Assembly (NCBI GenBank): GCA_900768465.1
Contig: CAAGCY010000014.1
Span: forward strand, 83 to 64,082
Direction: 5' to 3'
Source: Alphaproteobacteria bacterium
GTDB lineage: Bacteria > Pseudomonadota > Alphaproteobacteria > CAAGCB01 > CAG-977
DNA length: 64,000 nt
Under the pieces are notes generated by a model. The model worked only from the letters and a program-made list of their open reading frames with translations, did not search any database and was not told the DNA's origin. The translations under genes were made by a program, and so were the position numbers. Numbering within the stretch: position 1 is the first letter of the stretch; each line of letters begins with the position of its first letter. Shown here piece by piece: positions 27,725-36,555 of this stretch.

Positions 27725-28103
27725 CGGTGTTCCTCCATAAAAAATCGTAGCTGGCGGTTCCGTCGGGCTTTTTCAATTCAATCGACAGCAACAGCCGCCC
27801 GTGCGCGTCGTATTCCGCCGATGCGGACACTTTCTTGCAAATCTGTTCGTCAACCAGCCAAGACAGTGCGTTTTCGGCGTATTCCCGCGCTTTTTTCAAC
27901 GTGTCCGCAGACCGCTTGGCGTTTTTCAGCGTCCAGAGCTTTGAACCGATTTCACCGCCCCACCAGCCGCGTTGATTCGAGTCGCGGGCATCGGAAAACA
28001 AAGAAATCAAGACCGCTGTTTTCAGCCCGCCGTCGGCTTCGATTCCGCCGTTTGCGTACAGCAAATCGCCCGTTTTTTCCGTGATTTCAAAAGCCGCGTC
28101 CAT
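27714..28103 (-). CDS. phage GP46 family baseplate protein (Mu gp46-like)
   Basis: 129 aa; DGGLKTAVLISLFSDARDSNQRGWWG...GSKLW pattern. Confidence 0.75.
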   Translation of the reverse strand: MDAAFEITEKTGDLLYANGGIEADGGLKTAVLISLFSDARDSNQRGWWGGEIGSKLWTLKNAKRSADTLKKAREYAENALSWLVDEQICKKVSASAEYDAHGRLLLSIELKKPDGTASYDFLWRNTDGI

Positions 28104-28679
28104 TTATCCCTCCATCGGTTCCAACGGCGGGGAAGTCGGCGCGCCCGCGTTGCCAGTGTGCGTGTGACCGTTGTAGGTTGAACGGATTGCCGTCAAATTG
28201 CCCGTCTTGTCCGCGACTTCGCCTTTGCCCGTGATGTTTCCGGCGACTTCAAGCGTTTGAGCGACCTTGACCGCGCCGTTCAAGTCGATTTCGGCGGCAT
28301 TGATGACGAACTTTGACGTTTTGACGGCGATTTCATGCCCGCGCTTCAATCGGATTTCGTCGCCCTCGTCGGTGTAAAGCGCGACTTCGCCAGCCTGCAA
28401 TCCTTTCAACCGGAACTTTCTGCTTTCCGCGGAAATGACAATGCCGTTCGACCGATCCCCGCCGACAAACAAAACCGTCGCCACGGAACCGACCGGAGGA
28501 ACGGAAGTCAAGCCGTAGTTCTGCGCCCGTTCAATACCGCTTTTCAGTTCCCCGTCCAGCAAAGCCGCTTGGCAGACCTGAACGGCGGCGTCATCGGCGA
28601 CGGCTTTCAAAACGCCGCGTCCGACCATCAGTAAAACACGGGATTTAATGTTTGTTAAAAGCCTGTTTAAAGCGTCCAT
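28104..28679 (-). CDS. baseplate assembly protein V / spike (Mu gp45-like)
   Basis: 191 aa from internal ATG 28677-28679 (MDALNRLLTNIKSRV...); V-like OB-fold region and C-terminal GHTHTG. Confidence 0.7.
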   Translation of the reverse strand: MDALNRLLTNIKSRVLLMVGRGVLKAVADDAAVQVCQAALLDGELKSGIERAQNYGLTSVPPVGSVATVLFVGGDRSNGIVISAESRKFRLKGLQAGEVALYTDEGDEIRLKRGHEIAVKTSKFVINAAEIDLNGAVKVAQTLEVAGNITGKGEVADKTGNLTAIRSTYNGHTHTGNAGAPTSPPLEPMEG

Positions 28680-28689
28680 TCGTCCCTCC

Positions 28690-29742
28690 TTACTTGATTT
28701 CAATCGCGTCGGGCGGCAACAGACCGCTTTCGTCTTTGGACTTTTGAACGACGGGCAAACGTTTGTAGGCGTCGGGACTGACAAGGGTCAGCTTTGTTTT
28801 CGCACCCGCTTTGTCCAACGAAAAAAAGACCTGCTTGATCAGCAGTTTCGCGTCAACGCCCCAGCGCGGGATTGAAACGCGGGAAAGCGTGTTTTTGCGC
28901 CACAAAACGCCGTCGCTTTGCGTCCACCCCTGAACCGTGATATTGATGCCCGCGCAACAGCCTGAACGGACGCAAGCTTCCCATGCCGCCATATCGCTGA
29001 CGGACACGCCCGCTTCGGCGTTTTGAACGACTTGCAGCAAGGGACGGTAGCGTTTGACGTTCAAATCCCGCGACGTTCCCGTAGCGTTTGCGCTTTCCTG
29101 CGTGTCGTCGATCAGCGACGTTTGATTTTTGACCGTGTAATCCGAAAAGCGGCTCGACCAGTCGGCGGAAAATGCGGCTTCCAGTATGTTTTCGCCGTAA
29201 ATCAAGCTTTCCGCCGTTCCGTTCAATCCCGCCCGCGTCAGCACCAAGTTGCCCGCTTCGTCCGATGTCGCCAAAACGGCGCGCGCCTTGGCGGCTCTGT
29301 CCAAAGCGTCGAACACGCTTTCCCCCGGCTGGATTTTAAAGGATTTAAACGCTTCGCCCGTGTCGCCGACCTGATTGACGACCTTGATTTTAAACGGGGC
29401 GCACAGCTTGAGCGCGATTTCGCACAGCGTCAGATTGAACCATTCGTCCGGTTCCGCCATAACGGAACATTCCGCCAGATCCACGGTTTTGTCCGCGCCG
29501 CCCAAAGTCAAACCGCAATCGTCCGCCGACAAATTCGCCGCTGTTCTGCCGATGTAGCCGGAACAAACGGTTTGATTTTCCAGTTTCAAAACAGCCGAAG
29601 CACCGGGGTAAATCATAATGTCGCCCGCTTGTTCGGCGGAAACGGCGAATTCGCCCGCAATCGCGTCAATCGCGCCGACGGCTTGAAGTGCCGTCCAGCC
29701 CTTGTAAATCATACCGTCCACTGTCAGCGACGCGCCGATCAT
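28690..29742 (-). CDS. late control D / Mu gp44-like baseplate hub protein
   Basis: 350 aa; position between the gp43-like and V-like genes. Confidence 0.65.
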   Translation of the reverse strand: MIGASLTVDGMIYKGWTALQAVGAIDAIAGEFAVSAEQAGDIMIYPGASAVLKLENQTVCSGYIGRTAANLSADDCGLTLGGADKTVDLAECSVMAEPDEWFNLTLCEIALKLCAPFKIKVVNQVGDTGEAFKSFKIQPGESVFDALDRAAKARAVLATSDEAGNLVLTRAGLNGTAESLIYGENILEAAFSADWSSRFSDYTVKNQTSLIDDTQESANATGTSRDLNVKRYRPLLQVVQNAEAGVSVSDMAAWEACVRSGCCAGINITVQGWTQSDGVLWRKNTLSRVSIPRWGVDAKLLIKQVFFSLDKAGAKTKLTLVSPDAYKRLPVVQKSKDESGLLPPDAIEIK

Positions 29743-30956
29743 ACCAACACCTCCAGCTTTGTTTTCGCGGGAACGAACAACGGGTTTTTGATTTTGTTGC
29801 GAACGACGATTTCGTCGGCTTTGGCGTAATCGCCGTACAGTTCGTAAGCGATGACGCAGGCGGGCAGAACGCTGTCCGTTTTGTAATGCGACACCTTTTT
29901 CAAATCCGCCGATTGTTCCGTAACCGCCTCGACGACCGTCTTTTGCAAATTCAGCAAGGCCTGCGACAACGCGATGTTTTTGGTGGACACGATTTCCGTT
30001 TCCAAAACGTCCGCCAGTTCGTCGCGCAGGGAAACGGCTTCGTCATAACTGTCGAAATCGATATTCGGAACGGTCTGAACGGCGGCGACGACAGCCGTCT
30101 GGCGAATGACGGCGGACAACGCCGTTTCGTTTTGGTCAATCTGCCGTTTCAATTTCGCGGCGACGTTTTTCTTGGTCTTTGACGACCCGAAGTCGTAGAA
30201 AAAGCGGCGTTGGGCAATCAGTTTCGATTTGTCGGACAGGCTGGGGAATTTGAACAAATCCAGCAGATTTTGCTGAAACCCCGCGCCGCCCGCCAACGCT
30301 TTCAGCGGATTATCCGAAAACGCGTCAATCACGGCGTTCCATTCAGCGACGGAATTATACAGCTCCGCCGTTCCTTCCTGAAACTCTTTGACTCCGGCGG
30401 CGACATCGGAAACGGGTTCAAGAACCGTTTTCATCAGCGCGTTCAACTTTGTGGTGCTCAGATCCGCCAAAGACGCGGGCAGTCCCGCCAAGTCGAATTT
30501 ATCCGCAAACTCCGCCGCCGACAAAATCGACGCTTTGTCCGCCGCTTCGGAAAGCTTTCCCAAAAAATCCGTCGTGATGAAAAGCCCGTCTTCAAACTCG
30601 GCGCGAATGAATCGCATGGTGATTTGCGCGTACCCGCCGTCGTCCTTGACGCGGACGACGGTATAGCCGTCCGGAACGACCGTGGACGTTTTGTGCCGAT
30701 ACGGGTGAACCAGCGCGCCCGAACCGCTTTCGTTCAGCGCGTCTTCCAGCTGTTCCAGATTTTTTGCGTAATCCCCCAGCAAAAAGCCCGTTACCGTATA
30801 GATTTCGTCCTTTTTGCCCAAATCCTGAACCGTGCCGATGTCGCGACCGGGGAATTCGTTATGCACGATTCTGCGCCCGAATTCGTCTTCGATTTTTTCG
30901 ACAAAGAACGGTACACCTTTGAACGACGCTTCGCTTAAATCGTCTTTCCACCCCAT
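29739..30956 (-). CDS. DNA circularization protein N-like (Mu gp43-like)
   Basis: 405 aa; MGWKDDLSEASFKGVPFFVEKIEDEFGRRIVHNEFPGRD matches the DNA_circ_N type N-terminus. Confidence 0.8.
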   Translation of the reverse strand: MGWKDDLSEASFKGVPFFVEKIEDEFGRRIVHNEFPGRDIGTVQDLGKKDEIYTVTGFLLGDYAKNLEQLEDALNESGSGALVHPYRHKTSTVVPDGYTVVRVKDDGGYAQITMRFIRAEFEDGLFITTDFLGKLSEAADKASILSAAEFADKFDLAGLPASLADLSTTKLNALMKTVLEPVSDVAAGVKEFQEGTAELYNSVAEWNAVIDAFSDNPLKALAGGAGFQQNLLDLFKFPSLSDKSKLIAQRRFFYDFGSSKTKKNVAAKLKRQIDQNETALSAVIRQTAVVAAVQTVPNIDFDSYDEAVSLRDELADVLETEIVSTKNIALSQALLNLQKTVVEAVTEQSADLKKVSHYKTDSVLPACVIAYELYGDYAKADEIVVRNKIKNPLFVPAKTKLEVLV

Positions 30957-30957
30957 G

Positions 30958-32457
30958 TCACACCCCCGCCAAAGTTCTGGTCAGCCCGATTTCCGTTCTG
31001 TCGGCATCGGAATTGACCACGTTCAGCCGCGTTCCGGACGGCAGATTTTCACCGCGAATGACGACCTCCGTCCGCAAAGTTTTATCCTCCCGTCTGACCG
31101 GAGCTTGCGGCGCGGGCGAAACAACGGCGGAATCGTCAAACAGGACGGGACGGCGCATCGGCGTTTCGGAAACGGTTTTCACGGCATCGTCCGGCGCATC
31201 GTTTTCGCTCTTTTCCCGTTTGCCGAAGATTTTTTCCAGCAGCCACCCCGTGCCGCTTTCGATAATTGAAGCGATTTTCAACGACCAGTCGGCGATTTTC
31301 TTCAACGCCACACCCGCCGCGAACAGAATGACGACGAACTGTCCGATCGGATTGGTCAGCAAAACCAGCCCGAACGCCGCCAAAGCCTTGACCAATACGC
31401 CCAAAGAAACCAGCAGCGCGCCGGACATAACCCCCGCCAGCATCAGCAAGGCGTTTTTAAACCCGCCGACAAAGCCGACCGCGGTTTGCACAAAGTCCGC
31501 AAAACCTTTCAACGCGTCCCACGCGTCGGCGACCGCCGATTTCGCGGTGTTGAATCCGTTTATAAACGCTTGCCCCGTTTTTTGCGCCCATTGCTGCAAA
31601 GTGCCGTCGTCCGCCATCGCGTCAACCTTGTCCAGCAAAGCGGAAAGCTCCGTTTTCAGCCAAGAAAACACACCGCTTTCCATGACCATTTTTGCAAACC
31701 GCGTCCATTGGTCGGACAGATTGGACACCATGCCCGACCACGTTTGCGACAGTCCGTCCATCGCGCCCGTATAGCCTTTGCGGTTGAAAACCTCGTACAC
31801 CATTTTTTCCATGGCTTCCATGTTGCGGACATCGGCGTAAAGCGTGACTTTCTGTTTATCCTTGTCAAAAAAGGTATAGGTCATCTTGCGCCCGATCAGT
31901 TTGTAAATGCCGCCGATTGCCGTCCGCAGCTGTTCAAACTGTCCCGACTTGGCTTTTCCGACGGCATCAACCAGCTGCATCAGCGGCTTGCCGGAAGCCG
32001 CCGCCGCGTCGCCGATGGACAGCAGACTGCCGTTCATCGGATCAATTCCCGACGAAACCAGATTTTTATAGGCCTCCGTGACTTCACTCAGCTCGTAGGG
32101 TGTTTTGACGGCAAAATCGGAAATCCAGTCCATGGCTTTTTGGGCGCGTTCCGACGACCCTTCCAGCGTTGTCAAAACCGTTTCCATATCCTCGAATGTC
32201 GCCGCCACGTCCAAAAAGTTCCGCTTGAACCCCCAAGCCAGCCCCGTGCCGACGACCGTCGTTTTCACCGCCAGACCGCTTAACGCCGACAGCGCGGTTG
32301 AAAACGACGATTTCAAGTCTTTGAAAGAAGAAGACAAGCCCGAAAAACCGTCTTTGAAGCCCGCAACCATTCGGCGCAGAGCGGACGACAGTCTTGACAG
32401 ACCGCCGCTCATCGCGTCAAACAGCTTGACTTTTAAACTGAGTTCCTCTTTTGCCAT
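30958..32457 (-). CDS. tail tape measure protein
   Basis: 499 aa from ATG 32455-32457; helical, Ala/Gly-rich hydrophobic central segment; follows the chaperone pair. Confidence 0.7.
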   Translation of the reverse strand: MAKEELSLKVKLFDAMSGGLSRLSSALRRMVAGFKDGFSGLSSSFKDLKSSFSTALSALSGLAVKTTVVGTGLAWGFKRNFLDVAATFEDMETVLTTLEGSSERAQKAMDWISDFAVKTPYELSEVTEAYKNLVSSGIDPMNGSLLSIGDAAAASGKPLMQLVDAVGKAKSGQFEQLRTAIGGIYKLIGRKMTYTFFDKDKQKVTLYADVRNMEAMEKMVYEVFNRKGYTGAMDGLSQTWSGMVSNLSDQWTRFAKMVMESGVFSWLKTELSALLDKVDAMADDGTLQQWAQKTGQAFINGFNTAKSAVADAWDALKGFADFVQTAVGFVGGFKNALLMLAGVMSGALLVSLGVLVKALAAFGLVLLTNPIGQFVVILFAAGVALKKIADWSLKIASIIESGTGWLLEKIFGKREKSENDAPDDAVKTVSETPMRRPVLFDDSAVVSPAPQAPVRREDKTLRTEVVIRGENLPSGTRLNVVNSDADRTEIGLTRTLAGV

Positions 32458-32851
32458 TGTTCTTCTTCTTTCAATCGCTCTTGCGCCATTTTCACCCAAT
32501 ACGCCAAATCATCGGCGTTCATCGCCATCACTCGGTCGATATCGATGTAAAAGGGGTATCCGGCAAGCAGTCTGACGGCGCGTTCCCAATCTGCGGGGAA
32601 GGACTGATAAAATTTGAAATAATCTTATAGACCTCCGTCATATCGGCGACGTCCATGCGTTCCAGCTTCGCCTTTTCCGTTCCCGTCGTCCGGCTTGCCA
32701 ATGTCAGCATATCGTCAAATGACACTTCAACGTTGCGTTTCAGTTCAATCCCGCGGAAATCGCCAGCCGTCGGACGGCGCACGGTCAATTCCGTGACGGT
32801 TTCATGTTCTCCCCACGCAATCGGGGTTTTAAGGGTGTATTTAACGACCAT
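32433..32851 (-). CDS. tail assembly chaperone, predicted -1 frameshift fusion product
   Basis: The -1 frame is open from just upstream of the slippery site to TAA at 32433-32435 (...YQSFPADWERAVRLLAGYPFYIDIDRVMAMNADDLAYWVKMAQERLKEEEQWQKRNSV) and overlaps the tape measure start. Confidence 0.55.
32528..32851 (-). CDS. tail assembly chaperone (zero-frame product)
   Basis: 107 aa, between the tube and tape measure genes. Confidence 0.65.
   Translation of the reverse strand: MVVKYTLKTPIAWGEHETVTELTVRRPTAGDFRGIELKRNVEVSFDDMLTLASRTTGTEKAKLERMDVADMTEVYKIISNFISPSPQIGNAPSDCLPDTPFTSISTE
32609..32615 (-). promoter_or_regulatory. -1 programmed frameshift slippery heptamer A_AAT_TTT
   Basis: Zero-frame codons are tcA AAT TTT (S-N-F), a canonical X_XXY_YYZ arrangement. 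Confidence 0.55.
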
Positions 32852-33216
32852 TAAACAATCTCCTCCGCATCTGTTCCCGTGAATTTGACGGGGACGGTTC
32901 CCTCTTCGCAGGCGACCGTTCCTTCCCCGCTGTAAAAGGCGTTTTTAAGGGAAATCGTCTTGCCGTTTTTCAACGACAGCGTGACGGTTTTGTTTTTCAT
33001 CTGAACCAAAGCGGCGATGTCCAGCTCTTCGCTGTCTTGAATTTCACCCTCGATATAGGGTTCTTGCGCCGTTTCCTTGTACCCGATGACTTTCAGATTC
33101 GCCCCGAAAATCGGTTCGCGCTTCGGGTGTCCCAAGTTGTACGACCATTGCCCTTTGGCTTCCATCAAACCGCCGTCGGTCTTGACCTCGATGGCTCCGG
33201 CTACTCTTAACGTCAT
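32851..33216 (-). CDS. tail tube protein
   Basis: 121 aa directly after the sheath gene. Confidence 0.65.
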   Translation of the reverse strand: MTLRVAGAIEVKTDGGLMEAKGQWSYNLGHPKREPIFGANLKVIGYKETAQEPYIEGEIQDSEELDIAALVQMKNKTVTLSLKNGKTISLKNAFYSGEGTVACEEGTVPVKFTGTDAEEIV

Positions 33217-33225
33217 GTTTCCTCC

Positions 33226-34680
33226 TTATCGTACAAAAGCGATTTGCGTGGCGACCACGTCCAGCTTGTTCATCAAATCGGGCGGCAGCAGAACGTCCAG
33301 ACGGTTGCGGTTGGACGCGTTGCGCTCGACTTTCAAATTCTTTTTGAAATCATCGAAGTTTTCGACCAGCCCGTTTTCGGCATGGGTTTTGAACCACACG
33401 ACGGCTTCGGCTTTCATGGTCGCGGGGGTCATCACTTTCGCCCCCGTCGCGCCGTCGTCGCCCAGCTTCCAGTTCTGGTATTTGCGGGCGATGTAGTTGC
33501 GCCAGTCGTAACGCAAATACCCCAGCAACAGCGGAACATTCACGTCTTGATACGCGGTGTCCGCCGCGCCCGCCGAGTTTGTCTTGTAGGTCGTAATCGC
33601 CTGTTCAATGACCGCCGTTCCGTCAACGGATCGGGTGAAAGTGGAAATACCGTCGTGCAACAGCAGATTTCTTTCCTCGTCCGTGAACTGTTCTTCCGCC
33701 GATCCGGTCATGATGCCGTTCAAGGCGTAGCGGAACGGCGCGGCGGGGTCGTTTGACGCATACAGCGCGACCGTCGCCATGTAAGAGGCCGCAACGGCGT
33801 ACAGCGGACTTTTCAACCCGTGCGCGTTCAGAAGCGTAAGGTGCTTGTCGTTCAAAGCGGCGCCCTTTTCCCCCAGCGCGGACAATTCCCCGCCGAGTGC
33901 GCCGAATGCCACTCCCTCAATCGCGCGCAAAGCTGACCAGCGGCTTTCCAGCTCCGTTTTCAAAGCGGAAAGATTCGCCGCGTCCGTGTACGGCGTTGCG
34001 ATAAAATTATAATGCGCGTCCCCGATGGCGGCGATAACGTCGCCGATATCGGGATTTGTCGCACCGCCCGTCAAATCCGTAACCGCCACGGTCAAACCCG
34101 CGGGCAGGGTTTCCCCGTCGTAATGGTTCAGGTGAACGGGCATATTGCCGCATTCGCCCTTGTGCTTGGCGGTCAACGTGACAACACCCGCTTCGCACGC
34201 CGCCGTGACGGGCAGTTCCCCGTCGGCGGAAACAGCCGCCGCCAACGCCTGCGCGATGTCCGTCGCCGCGTTGGATTTCGACACGCCGACGGGAACGCGG
34301 TAATCTCCGACATACAGACAAAGCGTCCCGCTTTCGCCCGCCGTTCCGGTAATCGTGATCGTCGCCGTCGCGGCAGAACCCGATGCGGCATCGTCAACGG
34401 CTATGGCGTACAAATCCGTCACCTTGTTGGCGTTTTTAACGTCGCCGATCATGCGCGCCAGCATGGAGCCTTTGCCGAACAAAGCCCGTCCCTGTTCAAC
34501 CGAAGTAACGCGCTTTGCCGTCAAAGCGGGCGCGGAACCGTCGGACAGTTTCTGACCGACAACCAGCATTTTCATCGGCTGGACGCTTGCCCCCGAAACC
34601 GCGTTGTCCGAATTGAATTCGCACCAGACAAACGGCACCAGCCAGTTGTTCGGGATTTGAGCAAAAGAAATGTCGCCCAT
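33226..34680 (-). CDS. contractile tail sheath protein
   Basis: 484 aa; size, position and sheath-like N-terminus (FAQIPNNWLVPFVWCEF). Confidence 0.8.
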   Translation of the reverse strand: MGDISFAQIPNNWLVPFVWCEFNSDNAVSGASVQPMKMLVVGQKLSDGSAPALTAKRVTSVEQGRALFGKGSMLARMIGDVKNANKVTDLYAIAVDDAASGSAATATITITGTAGESGTLCLYVGDYRVPVGVSKSNAATDIAQALAAAVSADGELPVTAACEAGVVTLTAKHKGECGNMPVHLNHYDGETLPAGLTVAVTDLTGGATNPDIGDVIAAIGDAHYNFIATPYTDAANLSALKTELESRWSALRAIEGVAFGALGGELSALGEKGAALNDKHLTLLNAHGLKSPLYAVAASYMATVALYASNDPAAPFRYALNGIMTGSAEEQFTDEERNLLLHDGISTFTRSVDGTAVIEQAITTYKTNSAGAADTAYQDVNVPLLLGYLRYDWRNYIARKYQNWKLGDDGATGAKVMTPATMKAEAVVWFKTHAENGLVENFDDFKKNLKVERNASNRNRLDVLLPPDLMNKLDVVATQIAFVR

Positions 34681-34842
34681 TTATTTTCCTTTCTTTTCCG
34701 TAATGATTTCGACTTCGCCGGACGCGGCTCTGCGCCGCCAGTAAGTCGTCAATTCAACCGAAACGCCGTTTTCGGGAATCGGTGTTTTCGTCGCCGGATC
34801 AAGCACGCGCTTTTTCCCGACAGGTTTAATCTTCACCCGCAT
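34681..34842 (-). CDS. DUF2635-like small protein (Mu gp38-like); not in the ORF track
   Basis: 53 aa MRVKIKPVGKKRVLDPATKTPIPENGVSVELTTYWRRRAASGEVEIITEKKGK; SD GGGAGG 6 nt upstream; its stop abuts the sheath ATG. Confidence 0.6.
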   Translation of the reverse strand: MRVKIKPVGKKRVLDPATKTPIPENGVSVELTTYWRRRAASGEVEIITEKKGK

Positions 34843-35377
34843 CTGTTCCTCCCAATTCAATAATGTCCTCGGCGGTCAATCCCGCTTCGTAATCCGTTTT
34901 GCACGTCAGCCAATCCGCCAAATCAAAGTCCGGATCGGATTCAATATCGGCATAAGACACCGTCTGCATCGTCAGTTCCGCCGCGTGGCACAAAATCCCG
35001 CAAAACATAACGGGTTGACTGGATACGACCTGAACAAACCCCGTATCGTCCGCCGATTTCAGCGGCGACGTTCTGAACGTCCGCCTGATCGCGTCGATTT
35101 TCGCGTCGAACAGGATTTCCGATGCCGCCGCGTCGGTCAGCCCCATAAATCCCGTGATTTTCCAGTCCTGCCAAACTTTGGTCTTTTGCGCCGACAAAGC
35201 TTCTTCACGCACGGCGGCGCGATGCACGAACCAGCCGCACAGTTCTTTGCCTTTCATATAGAAATCCCGCAAAGCGTCGGGGGCTTTGGCATAGCGTTCA
35301 AACGGCTGCACCTTGCCGATGTCGGGGATTTCCGATATTTTTCTGACGATTTCGTTTCTGATTTCCTGCGTGTTCAT
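34826..35377 (-). CDS. hypothetical head-tail joining/tail completion protein
   Basis: 183 aa; called on position only. Confidence 0.4.
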   Translation of the reverse strand: MNTQEIRNEIVRKISEIPDIGKVQPFERYAKAPDALRDFYMKGKELCGWFVHRAAVREEALSAQKTKVWQDWKITGFMGLTDAAASEILFDAKIDAIRRTFRTSPLKSADDTGFVQVVSSQPVMFCGILCHAAELTMQTVSYADIESDPDFDLADWLTCKTDYEAGLTAEDIIELGGTDAGED

Positions 35378-35886
35378 TGTTTTGCCGCCTTTTTAATTTC
35401 CCGCGCCACCTGTTCCGGAACGACGCTTAAAATACGTTCGACCTGCGTTTTGTTCGCCGCAAAAGCTTTGGCGAACATTCGCGCTCCTTTCGTGCCGCGC
35501 GCCTTGATTTTCCAAGCAATAGAGCGGGCGACGGGGTCAACGGAAACAATCGGCAGTCCCAGTTTTTTCAAAACCCATTGCTTAATCGGTTCCAGCGGCG
35601 GATAGTGCGGCTTCGTTCCCAATTCGACGCAAACGGCGTAATCCAGCGGCGACGACACGACACCCACCAGCCCGTCAAAGCTTGAACGGTACGGCTGTTG
35701 CGCCGTAATGCTGTCGCGCAGCAGTCCCGACACCCCGAACGGCGTGCGTTCCTTGACTTCGCGTTCCAGCAAAGCCGTCGCTTTCATCAAAGCGCGAACG
35801 CCGACCTTTTCGACGATTTCCGGCGCGGACTTGAACGCTTTGGTCAGTTCGACCGCTCCGTCGATTTCATAAACGGGTTCAGTCAT
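35374..35886 (-). CDS. HK97 gp10-like head-tail component
   Basis: About 170 aa; ...EREVKERTPFGVSGLLRDSI...YAVCVELGTKPH pattern. Confidence 0.55.
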   Translation of the reverse strand: MTEPVYEIDGAVELTKAFKSAPEIVEKVGVRALMKATALLEREVKERTPFGVSGLLRDSITAQQPYRSSFDGLVGVVSSPLDYAVCVELGTKPHYPPLEPIKQWVLKKLGLPIVSVDPVARSIAWKIKARGTKGARMFAKAFAANKTQVERILSVVPEQVAREIKKAAKQ

Positions 35887-36535
35887 CGTTTCGCCTCCTG
35901 TTGACAATGCCCATGCGTCCGCTGGTTCCCGAACGCTTCACGACGACCGTCGTTCCCGCCGCCGCGTTTCTTTTGTCGTCCAGTCCCATGTGGTCGCGGT
36001 AAAATTTGCGGCAAGCCGCCGCCTGCGCGTGGTAGTTGTTCGCTTTTGAACCGTGTTCCACGCTGTCCGATGAAATCGTCGAATTGACGGAGCCCGCGTA
36101 TCCCGCCGCCATGCCGTCCAGCAGGAACGCCGCCGCCCAGTTCGCAACGGCTTCGCGGTCGGCGGGCGGAACGGTGTCCTCTGTTTCGGTTGCGACGTGC
36201 CGCTGTGTGAACCAAACCGTCAAAACGTCGCCCGTGTGCACGTCGCCGCTCAAAAGAATCTTTTCCCCCGAAAGCGACGGCACTGTTTCAAAAGGAACCC
36301 TTTTGCCGCATTCCGTTTTGATTTCCAAAACGCGGGAAAAATCCTTTTGCCAGCCGTCGGGCATTGAAAGCAAAGCCGAGCCGTCAAACTCGACCGTTTC
36401 GCACGCCGCGCGCGGTCTGTCGGACGAATAGCGGAAAAGGGCAAGCTCTATGGCGGCGGCGCGGTCTTCCGGTGAAAACCGCCCGTCGGCGTCAATCGCC
36501 AAAATATCCGTCAATTTCTGAATATCAGCCAACAT
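35879..36535 (-). CDS. hypothetical virion protein
   Basis: 218 aa, between the capsid and connector genes. Confidence 0.4.
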   Translation of the reverse strand: MLADIQKLTDILAIDADGRFSPEDRAAAIELALFRYSSDRPRAACETVEFDGSALLSMPDGWQKDFSRVLEIKTECGKRVPFETVPSLSGEKILLSGDVHTGDVLTVWFTQRHVATETEDTVPPADREAVANWAAAFLLDGMAAGYAGSVNSTISSDSVEHGSKANNYHAQAAACRKFYRDHMGLDDKRNAAAGTTVVVKRSGTSGRMGIVNRRRNDD

Positions 36536-36555
36536 CAGCTTGCCCTTTCACCGTT

